This document shows, in pieces, positions 39,201 to 49,203 of a DNA stretch of 64,000 bases (positions are counted from its first letter, which is position 1; each line of letters begins with the position of its first letter). The DNA is from Prevotella sp. (GTDB taxonomy: Bacteria; Bacteroidota; Bacteroidia; Bacteroidales; Dysgonomonadaceae). Both the position numbers and the translations under genes were made by a program. The notes under the pieces are model-generated. The model was not told the origin of the DNA and searched no databases. It saw only the letters and a list, made by a program, of their open reading frames with translations. The stretch spans positions 39,497-103,496 of the forward strand of contig JAITVV010000067.1 in the NCBI GenBank assembly GCA_031285625.1. The letters are read 5' to 3'.

Positions 39201-39533
39201 AAATGAAGAATAGTCGTGTAAGATACGCGTTAGTATATCACGGGCTTCTTTTCTTACCTGCTCTTCATTGTAGTTCTTTTCATCAGAGAGCATTTTTATG
39301 TAATCCGATCTGTTTCCTACTGCAAGATTAGCCAGTTCATCTATAATCCTGCCTTTCATCTCATCCGTTGCCTTATTGGTAAAGGTCACAGCTAAGATAT
39401 GCTTATAAGCATACGGAGAAGAGAACAACAGGCGCAGATATTCCTCAGTCAGGCGGTGTGTTTTACCGGAGCCTGCTGATGCCTTATATACAAATAAATT
39501 TACTTTATCTTCAAATAGTCCGTGATTTGGCAT
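36300..39533 (-). CDS. addA: UvrD/AddA-type ATP-dependent helicase-nuclease
   Basis: ASAGSGKT, AVTFTNKAT, IDEFQD, VGDVKQSIYRWR, MTIHKSKGL, YVAFTRA; C-terminal RecB-type nuclease RPDR..IDYK; start moved to ATG 39533. Confidence 0.85.
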   Translation of the reverse strand: MPNHGLFEDKVNLFVYKASAGSGKTHRLTEEYLRLLFSSPYAYKHILAVTFTNKATDEMKGRIIDELANLAVGNRSDYIKMLSDEKNYNEEQVRKEARDILTRILHDYSSFSVSTIDKFFQQTMRAFTREIGLGGGYNVELDTNKVLGEAVDSMLYDLERNDNKLLLDWLIRFSEEKVENGETWNIRNDIKSLSQEIFKENFKAYSDLVQADIADKELMANYKNMLFPIIRNFESVLQQMAEKALNIMTSYELKPDDFKGVSYSPFFSFVRWANGGNDEPTAAFRSLANDITNWYSSKTPASVKYKIEDAYNDLNMFVFGIINHFDNSLMYQTAYEINRYFFRLGILGDVDKKIREYCAENNIMLISDTTELLNRIIDGNDSPFIYEKVGQRVNNYMIDEFQDTSNMQWQNFLPLVKDSLSSGNRNFIVGDVKQSIYRWRNSDWKLLDEQLDIDFRKEGVIHETLDTNWRSSQNVIAFNNTIFSSGTSLLQDTYNSSLEDIDNSRLKPFTSRIIKAYDEAGQDIPESHKGNEGYVKVEFVDTEEYVWKDYVLEQLPKQIEVLQDKGYGLKDITILVRTKKEGAEVANCLLEYKSQYTGTQYRYDIISDEALFVSNSKSIKLVIAILKYLHNPLDISLKALAVYEYFKYNNQISAEEALLKYFSAKEDLPEDIANSLKRISELPLYEMTEEIFDLFHNSMEENEQVYIQSFLDMVLDFTIRNSSDLDAFLKWWDETGVTKTIFTPDGQDAIKIMTIHKSKGLGFNVVLIPFCNWEIDHKHTTILWCHPKIEPFNKMHLVPVRYSQKLVNTIFAYEYFDEKLHAFIDNINILYVAFTRAKNELIAFAPKPKKEEINNISSLLWSTIHLSAHQDDNEKSHLNLHQYFDGAVFEVGQGYRPVKQEKKSSVQEISVDSLSSIPYDERVKLLLKNKYYFTDTGQRDYGTLMHEVVSRIERVEDIDNAIEAYHISGDITTDQKNELKVLLYNYLSDPVVAPWYSGQYKVLNEIQILQPKGNFIRPDRVMIKDGAVIVIDYKFGEKEDRKYIRQVKYYADQIRKMGYTDVKGYVCYITLGKVIEI

Positions 39534-39849
39534 AACCCTCTTTTTGGAGTAATTCCAATATTTTTTTTCTGAAATCGCCTTGTATAATGATCTCCCCATC
39601 TTTAGCCGAACCACCGACACCACATTTTACCTTCAGGAACTTACCTAAAGCTTCCAAGTCTTCACCCGAACCGATAAAACCTGTAATAAGTGTTACAGCT
39701 TTACCTTTCCTGTTACGTTTATCCAACGAAATACGCAATTGCTGTTTCTCCTTGGGCAAAGTATCTTGTTCCTCTTCGTTTTCAGTCTCATATTTAAAAT
39801 CCGGATTTGTGGAATATACCACATTCAGACGATCTTTCCAGTCACTCAT
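39511..39849 (-). CDS. yciH: SUI1/YciH family translation initiation factor
   Basis: VVYSTNPD, RKGKAVTLITGF, KCGVGGSAKDGEIIIQGD; TACTTTTG promoter box at 39873-39880. Confidence 0.9.
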   Translation of the reverse strand: MSDWKDRLNVVYSTNPDFKYETENEEEQDTLPKEKQQLRISLDKRNRKGKAVTLITGFIGSGEDLEALGKFLKVKCGVGGSAKDGEIIIQGDFRKKILELLQKEGYAKSRTI

Positions 39850-40054
39850 AATTATAAGATTATTTATTTATACAAAAGTACGGATTATTTAAAAGCCAGC
39901 TCAATCTTTTTCATATCTACTTATTACTTTTCAGTCTTATTTTAATAAAACACTTATTTTCTGACTTTTATCGAAAAAAGGTGACAAAAGTAACACATTT
40001 TCAACTGTTTTATGCTGTTACCTTTTTCCATACAATAACGCAACTATTCTCCTT

Positions 40055-40135
40055 TGTCATCCTGAGGGACGAAGGATCTCTTTTATCTTTTCTATAAACA
40101 GATGAATCGTGACGCTTCCTATCGTCAACATGACA
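40055..40135. repeat. Degenerate TGTCAT...ATGACA REP-like palindromic element
   Basis: TGTCATCCTGAGGGACGAAGGATCTC ... GACGCTTCCTATCGTCAACATGACA; extra right-arm-like copy at 40270-40297. Confidence 0.6.
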
Positions 40136-40328
40136 AAAGCTAAAAGGTAACAAAAGTGACAGTATTTTATCATTTTTGATTGTTACTTTTTTATTTTAAC
40201 AGAATAACTATCCATAGTATAAGATAAAAAAACAGAATAAAATTTTGGTAATATCGACTCTAAAGGAACGAGATGTTTGACTCCGTTCAACATGACAGAG
40301 AGAGTAAAAAACACTATTAAATCAATAA

Positions 40329-41507
40329 TCAGATTTTCAGCTTCACTCCAACTTTACCTAACAATGCTGTAATACCAATTGTTACGAATGCAAAAACGAC
40401 GCATTTAACCAATCCTACAGGAGAGGCTGTTATTGCTTCCGGTAGTGTAAATGAAGTCAATATAAAAATAGAATATAATAAATATGGTATCAGGTAACAT
40501 GTCAGAGTCGCTGTTCCTGCCGGTTTTATTATATCAAACCATGATGCTTTTCTCTTCATATCGGCTATCCAGTACATAAACACATAAAACAGGATAGATA
40601 TACTGGTACATATGAATAACCAAGTAGGGGTGGCCTGAATTTTAGATATAATCCAGAAGTAATGCGAAACGAATGCAGCTATAAAGAATACGATACCCGC
40701 ACTTGTAGCTATCATCATTTTTTTATTTATACTCAGGTCAGATTTCGATTGGTTAAATAATAAAGAGATTAGCATTCCACACATCGTAAATGCATGGAAA
40801 CACCCATTACCGGGTATGATTCCATCAAAGCTACCCAGCCAGTGGTTTGAGCCTGCAACGCATAATAATATAAACAGTACAAGAGCAATAAAAAGATAGA
40901 TCCGCCTCTTATTTAAATATAGATAGATTATTGCACACAAAAGGTATGTCCATCCGATAAGTCCCAGAATACCCCACCAGCGAGGTTGGAAAATATCTCC
41001 TTTAGGATCTCTATATATGAAGGCTAGTACAACCAGAATTATTACTCCGATAACCTTTAGAATAGAATAGAAATTCTGTTTCTTCTTATCTTCTGTCTTA
41101 GGATAAAGATTCCATATAAGGAAAAAGCCCAGAAGCATAATAATGGTAAAAAGCGGCTTACCAATAGTTGCTTCCCCGTACTCTGTGTTTACTGTAAACA
41201 TTCCCATAGCCAACAGAGCCACAGACCGTATTAATATATGTTTCAATATAGTGATGTTTGAATCTCCTTTTCTTTTCCTTATCTCAATAGCCAAAGGAAT
41301 AGACATTCCCAAGATGAAAAGAAAGGAAGGAAAAACAATATCCGAAAAGCCAAGCATATCTTCATCCGCAGCGGCATGTTCGAGCCAATGCGGCACACCT
41401 GTAATTGACCACAAATCGTTAACGAAGATCATAAAAAACATGGTAAGGGCCCTATATATGTCAATAGATGCTATACGGGCAGGTTTTGTCACAGTAGCAG
41501 AAGTCAT
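40329..41507 (-). CDS. DUF5009 / HGSNAT(NagX)-like membrane acyltransferase
   Basis: RIASIDIYRALTMFFMIFVN, WLEH, GFSDIVFPSFLFILGMSIP, WWGILGLIGW, ISKIQATP. Confidence 0.8.
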   Translation of the reverse strand: MTSATVTKPARIASIDIYRALTMFFMIFVNDLWSITGVPHWLEHAAADEDMLGFSDIVFPSFLFILGMSIPLAIEIRKRKGDSNITILKHILIRSVALLAMGMFTVNTEYGEATIGKPLFTIIMLLGFFLIWNLYPKTEDKKKQNFYSILKVIGVIILVVLAFIYRDPKGDIFQPRWWGILGLIGWTYLLCAIIYLYLNKRRIYLFIALVLFILLCVAGSNHWLGSFDGIIPGNGCFHAFTMCGMLISLLFNQSKSDLSINKKMMIATSAGIVFFIAAFVSHYFWIISKIQATPTWLFICTSISILFYVFMYWIADMKRKASWFDIIKPAGTATLTCYLIPYLLYSIFILTSFTLPEAITASPVGLVKCVVFAFVTIGITALLGKVGVKLKI

Positions 41508-41576
41508 AAATAGTATTTGATATTGGTGTCACAATTACAACAAAGATATGAAAATCATTCTGGATTAAAAAAGAAA

Positions 41577-41604
41577 AGCGAAAGTGCTACAAAACACTTT
41601 CGCT
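41577..41604 (-). terminator. Intrinsic terminator of the GH92 gene
   Basis: AGCGAAAGTG / CACTTTCGCT stem followed by T-run on the minus strand. Confidence 0.75.
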
Positions 41605-41624
41605 CTCCATATATCTATTGCAAA

Positions 41625-43919
41625 TTACTTTGCCGATGCATGTATTACATCTACATTTGTACCCCAGGTTTCAGATGGTTTGTCACCCATAACAAATTCC
41701 AATGTACCACCATTGATTATATCACTGAAATTGATATAATATTTGTCATAGTCTTTTCCATTCAGCGTAACACTCTGGATGTATTTGTTTGCTGCACTAT
41801 TATTCTTAGCTGTTATTTTCAGCGTTTTGCCATCTTTTACTTTAATAGTAGCTTCATCTACAATCGGGCTACCAAAGATATATTTTCCTCCGGCAGGTTC
41901 TACCTGATAGAATCCTAAAGCCGATAAAATATACCATGCTGACATCTGGCCAACGTCTTCGTTTCCGGAAAGTCCTTTTGGTTGATCAAAGTATAATTCA
42001 GACATTACCTGACGTACCTTATCCGCTGTTTTCCATGGCTGACCTACATAAGGATACATATAAATAACATGATGGCTAGGCTCATTGCCATGAGCATACT
42101 GACCGATAAGACCACTGATATCAGGAGATGCATGTTCGCCTAAAGAACCTTCTACGATAAACAATGAATCCAGTTTCTGTACAAATTTTTCATCACTTCC
42201 AAACAAGTCGACAAGACCTTGTATATCATGAGGAACCAGCCATGTATACTGCCATGCATTACCTTCAGTATAATCATTGTCACGGTGAACAGACTCGAAC
42301 GGATTGAATGGAGTACGCCATTTTCCATCAGAAGAAAGGCCTCTCATGAAACCTGTCGATTTATCAAAATAGTGAGCATATGATTTGCTGCGTTTCAAGA
42401 AATATTCATAGTCTTCGGTTTTACCCATCTTCTGAGCCACCTGAGCTATGCTCCAGTCTGCAATGGCATATTCCATACATTTTGCAAGACTTTCAGATTC
42501 GGTATCCTTATCGTAAGGAATATAGCCATATTCTTTCAGGTACTTCAGTCCTCTTTCATCCAGCATGGCTGAATTTTTCATTGCTTCGAAAGCCAGTTCC
42601 TTATCAAATCCGTCATAACCTTTCAATATAGCATCAGCAACGACAGGTATACCGGGATTTCCTACCATACAGTCAGTCTCACAACCTACCAGATGCCATA
42701 CCGGCAATTTACCTTGTTGCTGGTATATTGTAAGCATTGTATTTACCATATCACTCATTTTTTCAGGGTGAATGATAGTCATCAGCGGATGTGCGGCTCT
42801 GTAAGTATCCCACAAAGAGAATGTAGTATAATTTTTGAAAGAACCTTTTTCGTGCATCTTGCCATCAGCTCCGCGATAATCACCGTTTACATCAGAGAAA
42901 TCGGAAGGTGCTATCATTGTATGATATAATGCTGTATAGAATGTTCTTTTTACCTTATCATCGTTAACACTTATCTGAATCTTATTCAGCTCTTCATTCC
43001 AGGCTTTATCTGCATCCGCTATTGTTTGTTGGAAATTCCATCCAGGAAGCTCAGCTTGCATATTCAGTTTAGCATTTTCTATACTTACCGGAGATAATGC
43101 AACTTTTACATACAATTCTTCCTTAGCTGTAGTCTCTCCAAATACTGCCTGTCCTATTACTCCCTCAGCTTTCAGTTCGGTTCCTTCCTTCACATCGTTT
43201 CCTTCAGATACAATAAATTGTTTCATTGGCTTAGAGAACACAGCTGTGAAATACACTTTCTGATCGTTAGCCCATCCTTTCGAATAACGATAACCTGATA
43301 TAGTAGAATCAGTTTCCTGAATTAGATATGTTTCAACAGGCTTATCCCAGTTGATTCTGCTTTTCAGGTCGATAACAACTTTAGCATCTTTCGACTCCGG
43401 AAATATATATTTATGAAATCCGACACGGCTTGTAGCTGTCAGCTCCACATCAATATCATAACGATCCAGATGCACCGCGTAATATCCGGCTTTAGTAGTC
43501 TCTTTTTCGTGACTGAACAATGAATACATTCCCGAGTTAGGGTCAGCAATCTCACCTCTCCCCAATGTAGGGTTTCCTGTAACAGGCATAAGAGCTATAT
43601 CGCAAAGATCGCCAATTCCTGTTCCGCTAAGATGCATGTGTGTGAATCCCCAGATAGTGGAATCGGAAATATGATATCCTGAAACCCAGTCCCAACCTTC
43701 AGTGATATTGGTAGGCCCCAGCTGTACCATTCCAAAAGGAACATTTGCTCCTACAAATACATGCCCATGGTCGCCGGTACCTATATAAGGATCGACATAC
43801 TGCGTGAGATTAGCCAGGTTTCCTTCCTGTTGCTTCGCACCATCACATGAGCTTAAAAAACCGCACAAAACCAAACCTGCAAAGGCCGTTTTTGTAATAC
43901 TGCTAAAATTAAACTTCAT
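41625..43919 (-). CDS. GH92 alpha-mannosidase lipoprotein
   Basis: Lipobox LSSC; VDPYIGT..HGHVFVGANVPFGMVQLGP, FSLWDTYRA, YTEGNAWQY, HGNEPSHH, GNEDVGQMSAWY. Confidence 0.95.
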   Translation of the reverse strand: MKFNFSSITKTAFAGLVLCGFLSSCDGAKQQEGNLANLTQYVDPYIGTGDHGHVFVGANVPFGMVQLGPTNITEGWDWVSGYHISDSTIWGFTHMHLSGTGIGDLCDIALMPVTGNPTLGRGEIADPNSGMYSLFSHEKETTKAGYYAVHLDRYDIDVELTATSRVGFHKYIFPESKDAKVVIDLKSRINWDKPVETYLIQETDSTISGYRYSKGWANDQKVYFTAVFSKPMKQFIVSEGNDVKEGTELKAEGVIGQAVFGETTAKEELYVKVALSPVSIENAKLNMQAELPGWNFQQTIADADKAWNEELNKIQISVNDDKVKRTFYTALYHTMIAPSDFSDVNGDYRGADGKMHEKGSFKNYTTFSLWDTYRAAHPLMTIIHPEKMSDMVNTMLTIYQQQGKLPVWHLVGCETDCMVGNPGIPVVADAILKGYDGFDKELAFEAMKNSAMLDERGLKYLKEYGYIPYDKDTESESLAKCMEYAIADWSIAQVAQKMGKTEDYEYFLKRSKSYAHYFDKSTGFMRGLSSDGKWRTPFNPFESVHRDNDYTEGNAWQYTWLVPHDIQGLVDLFGSDEKFVQKLDSLFIVEGSLGEHASPDISGLIGQYAHGNEPSHHVIYMYPYVGQPWKTADKVRQVMSELYFDQPKGLSGNEDVGQMSAWYILSALGFYQVEPAGGKYIFGSPIVDEATIKVKDGKTLKITAKNNSAANKYIQSVTLNGKDYDKYYINFSDIINGGTLEFVMGDKPSETWGTNVDVIHASAK

Positions 43920-44294
43920 TGTATTGTATATTTGATTAATTAGATTTTTTGGACAGGTGTATATTGATAAAAAAATTCAAAAAGGGTAAATTATTTAAAG
44001 GCAATTAGTAATAATATTTAAATATTTATCTGTAAAGCGATTGTGTGAAACTTTACAAATGAAAGCAGTAACCCATATTTCAGGCTGCAAAGTTATTTAT
44101 TTTAATTGAATTTCATTCTTCAAAGCTATTAATTACTTCATTTTTTCTTTTTTTTCACAAATAGAGATTCAGTTAAGTCCATCAGAACAAATCAGATAGT
44201 TTGCGATAAACTATAGCATTAGTAAATTAATTTTATCTTTGTGAAGCCTTTATCCACAAAGGATAAACAGAAACCAGCAGAGGGTCTGTCGAAT

Positions 44295-46613
44295 ATGAAA
44301 TACCTTTTTATCTTAATCCTGCTACTTGTTAGTACAATTGCTTTCTCCCAAAAGCGATATACATTTAATGGCAAGGTCTGTAGTGAAGATAATAAGGAGT
44401 TTCTTACCGGGGTTTCTGTTAGTATCAGTGAGCTCCCTCACGAAGGAAGTTTTAGTGATAAAGACGGAAAATTTTCGTTAAGTCTCCCCCAAGGAGAATA
44501 CTCCTTCACATTTAAATTACTGGGATACAACCCTAAACAGATAGAGATAAAACTGGATAAAGATATATTTCAGAAGATAGAACTAAACAGGGAGATAGTC
44601 TCATTAAATGAAATTGAGATATCGGCTGAAAGAACAGACGGGAATGTAAAAAACGTTCAATCCGGAGTTGAAAAACTAAAAATTGAGACTATAAATAAGA
44701 TTCCTGTACTACTGGGTGAAAAAGATATTCTGAAAACGATACAATTACTCCCCGGTGTGCAGACAGCCGGGGAAGGTAATATCGGCTTTTATGTAAGAGG
44801 GGGTAGCAACGATCAGAATCTTATTCTTCTGGATAATGCAGTGGTTTATAATCCATCACATTTATTCGGTTTTTTCTCCACATTCAATTCTGATGTCGTA
44901 GATAACATGACTATCTATAAAGGCTCGATGCCTGCCCAGTATGGCGGACGCCTTTCGTCCACACTAGATGTGAGTATGCGCGATGGCAATCTTAAGGATT
45001 ACCATATGACCGGAGGAATAGGGCTAATTTCTTCCAGATTAACATTTGAAGGGCCAATACAAAAAGAAAGGTCATCATTTATCGTATCAGCCAGACGGAC
45101 TTACGCCGATGCACTGGCCCATGCTATAGGAGTCGAACAAATAAAAGATTCCAAGTTGTACTTTTATGATTTGAATGTAAAACTCAGTTATGTATTATCC
45201 AATAAAGATAAACTTACTTTTACAGCTTATTATGGAAAAGACAAACTAGGACTTAACCAGGTAGCTATGATGGATTGGGGAAATACGATAGCCAGCTTAA
45301 AGTGGAATCATATTTTCGATTCTAAAAGGGCATCTGCAACAACCCTCTCATATACAGATTATACGTATAATGTAAGTGTAGACCTGACCACAGGGCTTAA
45401 TGTTGCATCACATATCCGGGATTTCAACCTTAATCAGGAATTCAGCCTTTATCCGAATGATAAGAATGCAATAAAGCTCGGATTTAACTCAATCTATCAT
45501 CAGGTAGTCCCAGGAGAGCTTTCAAGCAAGGATCCCTCCAAACTTAATGTTTCTCCATACACACACCGCTATTCGTGGGAGAATACGCTTTATGCATCGA
45601 ACAGTATGAAAGTAAGTGATAAACTTGAACTAAGTTATGGACTGCGACTTTCTTCATTTAGTGTAATGGGAGGAGGAGACTATTATAACTTTGACAAAGA
45701 TGATCAATCTATAACGGATACAATTCCGACAAAGAACGGCCAGTTCTTCAAAACATATTGGAATATTGAACCACGCCTGTCGGTGGCCTATCAGTTAACA
45801 GATGCATCCTCACTTAAAGCTGCGTATTCCCGTACTGCCCAGCATTTGCATCTTCTGACTACATCTAATTTGTCGAGCCCTATCGACAGATGGATATCAA
45901 ATACAAATTATATAAAACCCGAAATAGCCAACCAGATATCACTGGGTTATTTTCGCAACTTCGCTGATGATATGTTTGAATTCAGCGCTGAAGTATATTA
46001 CAAAGATCTAAAAAACCAAATAGATTATAAAGATGGAGCCGATGTTGCTGCACGGGAGATTATCGAAACAGAGCTACTCTTTGGTAAGGGACGGGCTTAC
46101 GGGCTGGAACTGTTCCTGAAGAAGAAGTTTGGCCGATTCAATGGCTGGCTGGGATACACACTGTCGCGAACCGAAAGAAAGATAGATAAAATTAATGATG
46201 GCAAGTGGTATGTTGCTAACCAGGATCGCACACATGATATTTCAGCTGTAGGTATCTATGAGCTTAGCAAGAAGTGGACGCTATCTGCCACATGGGTGTT
46301 TGCAACGGGTAATCCTACAACATTCCCTTCACAAAAATATATAGTAGACGGACATGCTATCTATTATTATGAGGGGCGAAATAATAGTCGTGCACCATCA
46401 TATCACCGGCTTGACCTAGGAGCCGTTTGTCTCTTAAAACAGACGAAGCGCTTTTCTTCCGAATTGTCTTTCGGGCTCTACAATACCTATGCCCGAAAAA
46501 ACCCTTACATGTTCGGATTCAGGCAAAATGAGACAGAGCGAGCAAGGTCGGAATCATATATGATCTACCTTTTTAGCGTTGTTCCTTCTATTTCGTGGAA
46601 CTTTAAATTTTGA
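44295..46613 (+). CDS. TonB-dependent outer membrane receptor (non-SusC)
   Basis: Signal peptide from ATG 44295, preceded by TATCTTTG at 44234-44241; plug motifs LLPGV, VRGG..DQNL, YGGRLSS; C-terminal Phe. Confidence 0.9.
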   Translation: MKYLFILILLLVSTIAFSQKRYTFNGKVCSEDNKEFLTGVSVSISELPHEGSFSDKDGKFSLSLPQGEYSFTFKLLGYNPKQIEIKLDKDIFQKIELNREIVSLNEIEISAERTDGNVKNVQSGVEKLKIETINKIPVLLGEKDILKTIQLLPGVQTAGEGNIGFYVRGGSNDQNLILLDNAVVYNPSHLFGFFSTFNSDVVDNMTIYKGSMPAQYGGRLSSTLDVSMRDGNLKDYHMTGGIGLISSRLTFEGPIQKERSSFIVSARRTYADALAHAIGVEQIKDSKLYFYDLNVKLSYVLSNKDKLTFTAYYGKDKLGLNQVAMMDWGNTIASLKWNHIFDSKRASATTLSYTDYTYNVSVDLTTGLNVASHIRDFNLNQEFSLYPNDKNAIKLGFNSIYHQVVPGELSSKDPSKLNVSPYTHRYSWENTLYASNSMKVSDKLELSYGLRLSSFSVMGGGDYYNFDKDDQSITDTIPTKNGQFFKTYWNIEPRLSVAYQLTDASSLKAAYSRTAQHLHLLTTSNLSSPIDRWISNTNYIKPEIANQISLGYFRNFADDMFEFSAEVYYKDLKNQIDYKDGADVAAREIIETELLFGKGRAYGLELFLKKKFGRFNGWLGYTLSRTERKIDKINDGKWYVANQDRTHDISAVGIYELSKKWTLSATWVFATGNPTTFPSQKYIVDGHAIYYYEGRNNSRAPSYHRLDLGAVCLLKQTKRFSSELSFGLYNTYARKNPYMFGFRQNETERARSESYMIYLFSVVPSISWNFKF

Positions 46614-46615
46614 TT

Positions 46616-47416
46616 ATGGGTAAATATATTGCATTAATTCTCCTACTTGTATCTTTCGCAGCCTGTGAAAAGGTTATAGACATTGATCTTCCTACCTCCG
46701 ATCAAAAGGATGTGGTCGATGCAGCAATTATGGAGAATTCTTCATGCATTATATTCTTGACAAAGTCACAAGAGTTTTATGAGGATTTTTCTTATCCCCG
46801 AATATCCGGTGCAAAGATTGAGCTATCTGACGATCAGGGGAATAGCGAAATATTAAAAGAGAGCGGTAAAGAAGAAGGAATATATAGTTCAATGATGACA
46901 GGTGAAGTAGGGCGCACATACAAATTAAAGATTACGACAGGGAACAATATCTATGAAGCGTCTGCCACAATACCCAGAACTGTTCCAATAGACAGTATAT
47001 ACATTTATGATATTAAGATAGGGAAAGATCGTATCTATTCTCCGTGTATTGTTTTTCATGATCCTATCGAAACGGAAAATTACTACTACACGACATTGGC
47101 TGTAAATGGTAAAACAATGAAGTCAATATATCTGGATGATGATGAATTCCGCAATGGATTAAAGGTTGAGAATATATTATTTTTTGATAAAGAGGACAAT
47201 AATGACGAGAAACTTAAAGTAGGTGATCATTTAAGAATAGAAATGCAATCTCTGGATAAAGGGATGTACACGTTCTACAAATCATTGAGAAGTATAGCTG
47301 CCAGCGGATCAACCAACCCCATAACAAACATTACTGGTGGCGCACTGGGTTGCTTCAAAGCATATAATCCCAGTTATATAGAAATGGTAATAAGCAAAGA
47401 TGATATAACTGAATAA
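46616..47416 (+). CDS. DUF4249 family lipoprotein, partner of the TonB receptor
   Basis: Lipobox FAAC-EKVIDIDL; C-terminal NPITNITGGALGCF. Confidence 0.8.
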   Translation: MGKYIALILLLVSFAACEKVIDIDLPTSDQKDVVDAAIMENSSCIIFLTKSQEFYEDFSYPRISGAKIELSDDQGNSEILKESGKEEGIYSSMMTGEVGRTYKLKITTGNNIYEASATIPRTVPIDSIYIYDIKIGKDRIYSPCIVFHDPIETENYYYTTLAVNGKTMKSIYLDDDEFRNGLKVENILFFDKEDNNDEKLKVGDHLRIEMQSLDKGMYTFYKSLRSIAASGSTNPITNITGGALGCFKAYNPSYIEMVISKDDITE

Positions 47417-47448
47417 ATCAGTATATTTGTGTTTTTAATAATTACAGT

Positions 47449-47679
47449 ATGTTTAAATTCCTCGGACTATTATTAATAATCGGACTCTTAGGATTCCTTA
47501 TATTAGGTGTATTCTTGGGTAGAGTCATTCGTTTTTTTGGTCCGTCATCAGATAGGGCAAAAGCTAATCGCCGTCAATCTAATAACCGATCAACGACCAA
47601 TACGAATACACCGCAGAAAAAATTCTCTAAGAATGAAGGTGAATATATTGGTTATGAAGAAATAAAAGATGATGAATAA
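47449..47679 (+). CDS. Small membrane protein (DUF4834-like)
   Basis: N-terminal TM helix; C-terminal KKFSKNEGEYIGYEEIK; TATATTTG box at 47422-47429. Confidence 0.7.
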   Translation: MFKFLGLLLIIGLLGFLILGVFLGRVIRFFGPSSDRAKANRRQSNNRSTTNTNTPQKKFSKNEGEYIGYEEIKDDE

Positions 47680-47740
47680 GATTATATAGCTTTACAAACG
47701 GCTAAGTCTTTCCCAGTCAAACACTATAAAAACAAACTTT

Positions 47741-49203
47741 ATGGATATCACAAGTAGCTTCAAGGATATTGAATTCCGTAATTTTATTATTCAAACTTAT
47801 TGTGATGGGAAAGCTATAAAAAAAGTGATGTAGAGCATATAACCGAGATGGTTATACCACAACAAAGTTATTTTACATCTGAAAACAATAAGGGTGAATT
47901 AGTCACAAGTATGACATCCGGCTTCCCGATCCATAGCTTAGAAGGTATTGAACATTTTACAGCACTCGAAATACTTATATGTTCGCATAACAAAACAATC
48001 GAAAAATGGGATTTGAGTAATAACAAGAACCTAAAGAGATTCCATTGTTCCAATAATAATTTTACAGAGTTATATCTTAATGAAGCTAGTATTGAAGAGT
48101 TAGACTGTTCACATAACCCCTTGACAGGATTGCCTCTTCATAAATTTCCTGACTTAAAAATACTGAACTGCGGGGCTTGCAAAATATCAGAAATATCATT
48201 AGGGAATAATTTGCTATTAGAAATATTGATCTGTAGATACAATCCACTTGAAAGTATAGATATCAGCAATAATCCGAATCTTAAAGTTTTAGATTGTAAT
48301 AGTACAAAACTATTACAATATTTACATACAGATAAAAATACAAATTTAGAAGAGCTAGATTGTGGTTTCAATGCATTATCCAATTTAGATACCAGGTCAT
48401 TAACAAACCTGAAAAAGCTTGTTTGTTACCATAATAAACTAACAGAATTGAACTTATCTGAAAATAAACAGCTGGAATATCTTAGCTGTATGACCAACCT
48501 GTTAACCCATTTAGACATAAGTTGCAATGCAAAGCTCATCAATCTGGATTGTTCTTCTAATCAGCTGAAAGGCCTTGATATAAGTAAGAATATCAATTTA
48601 AAGACATTGGATTGTAACAACAATCAATTAACCAAGATCGATCTGACAAAGAATACAGAACTAACCATACTGAAAGTATTTAATAATGAACTAACCGAAA
48701 TAGATATATCTCAGAATAAAATGATGGAACGATTTATCTGTTCCGACAATAAACTAACCATAGTTCCAGATATATCTGAAAATAAACTGATCAGTTATTT
48801 TAGTTATACAGGAAATCCCATAATAGAGCCCGATCATACAATAAAAGGTGTTGGAACTTTTGTATACGACAATAGTTCGATAGAATACGGGCTGGAGTCA
48901 GATGGCTTTCATATAACAGTGAATGTATCTAATCTGGCAGGAATAAAAAGATTATCAGCTACAATAAAAAAAGTTATTGCTAACCTGAATAATTTTAAAA
49001 CACAAATAATAGAATTCCTTAAAAAGAATTATCCTGAAGAAGACTCTTCCGATTTAGTCTTTCAACTTATTGTATTCGAACCAAATAAAACCTTTAAACT
49101 AGCTTATGATGCAGGAGATTCTCCGGCAGGAAGGCTATATTTATATTTTGAATTTGATAAAAATATGAACCTTAAAGAAGAAATAATTTACGAGACTTAT
49201 TAA
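47741..49203 (+). pseudogene. Leucine-rich repeat protein gene split by a frameshift at an A7 run (47818-47824); downstream ORF 47848-49203 intact
   Basis: ATG 47741 gives MDITSSFKDIEFRNFIIQTYCDGKAIKK then stops at 47831; one extra A gives ...IKKSDVEHITEM in frame with the LxxLxCxxNxLxxLD repeats. Confidence 0.65.

Noticed and set aside
39534-39623. N-terminal extension of the helicase ORF in the ORF track
   Set aside because: Lies inside the SUI1 gene; ATG at 39533 places the Walker A motif near the N-terminus as in AddA-like proteins
44241-44294. GTG start for the TonB receptor
   Set aside because: Overlaps the TATCTTTG promoter box; the signal peptide begins at ATG 44295
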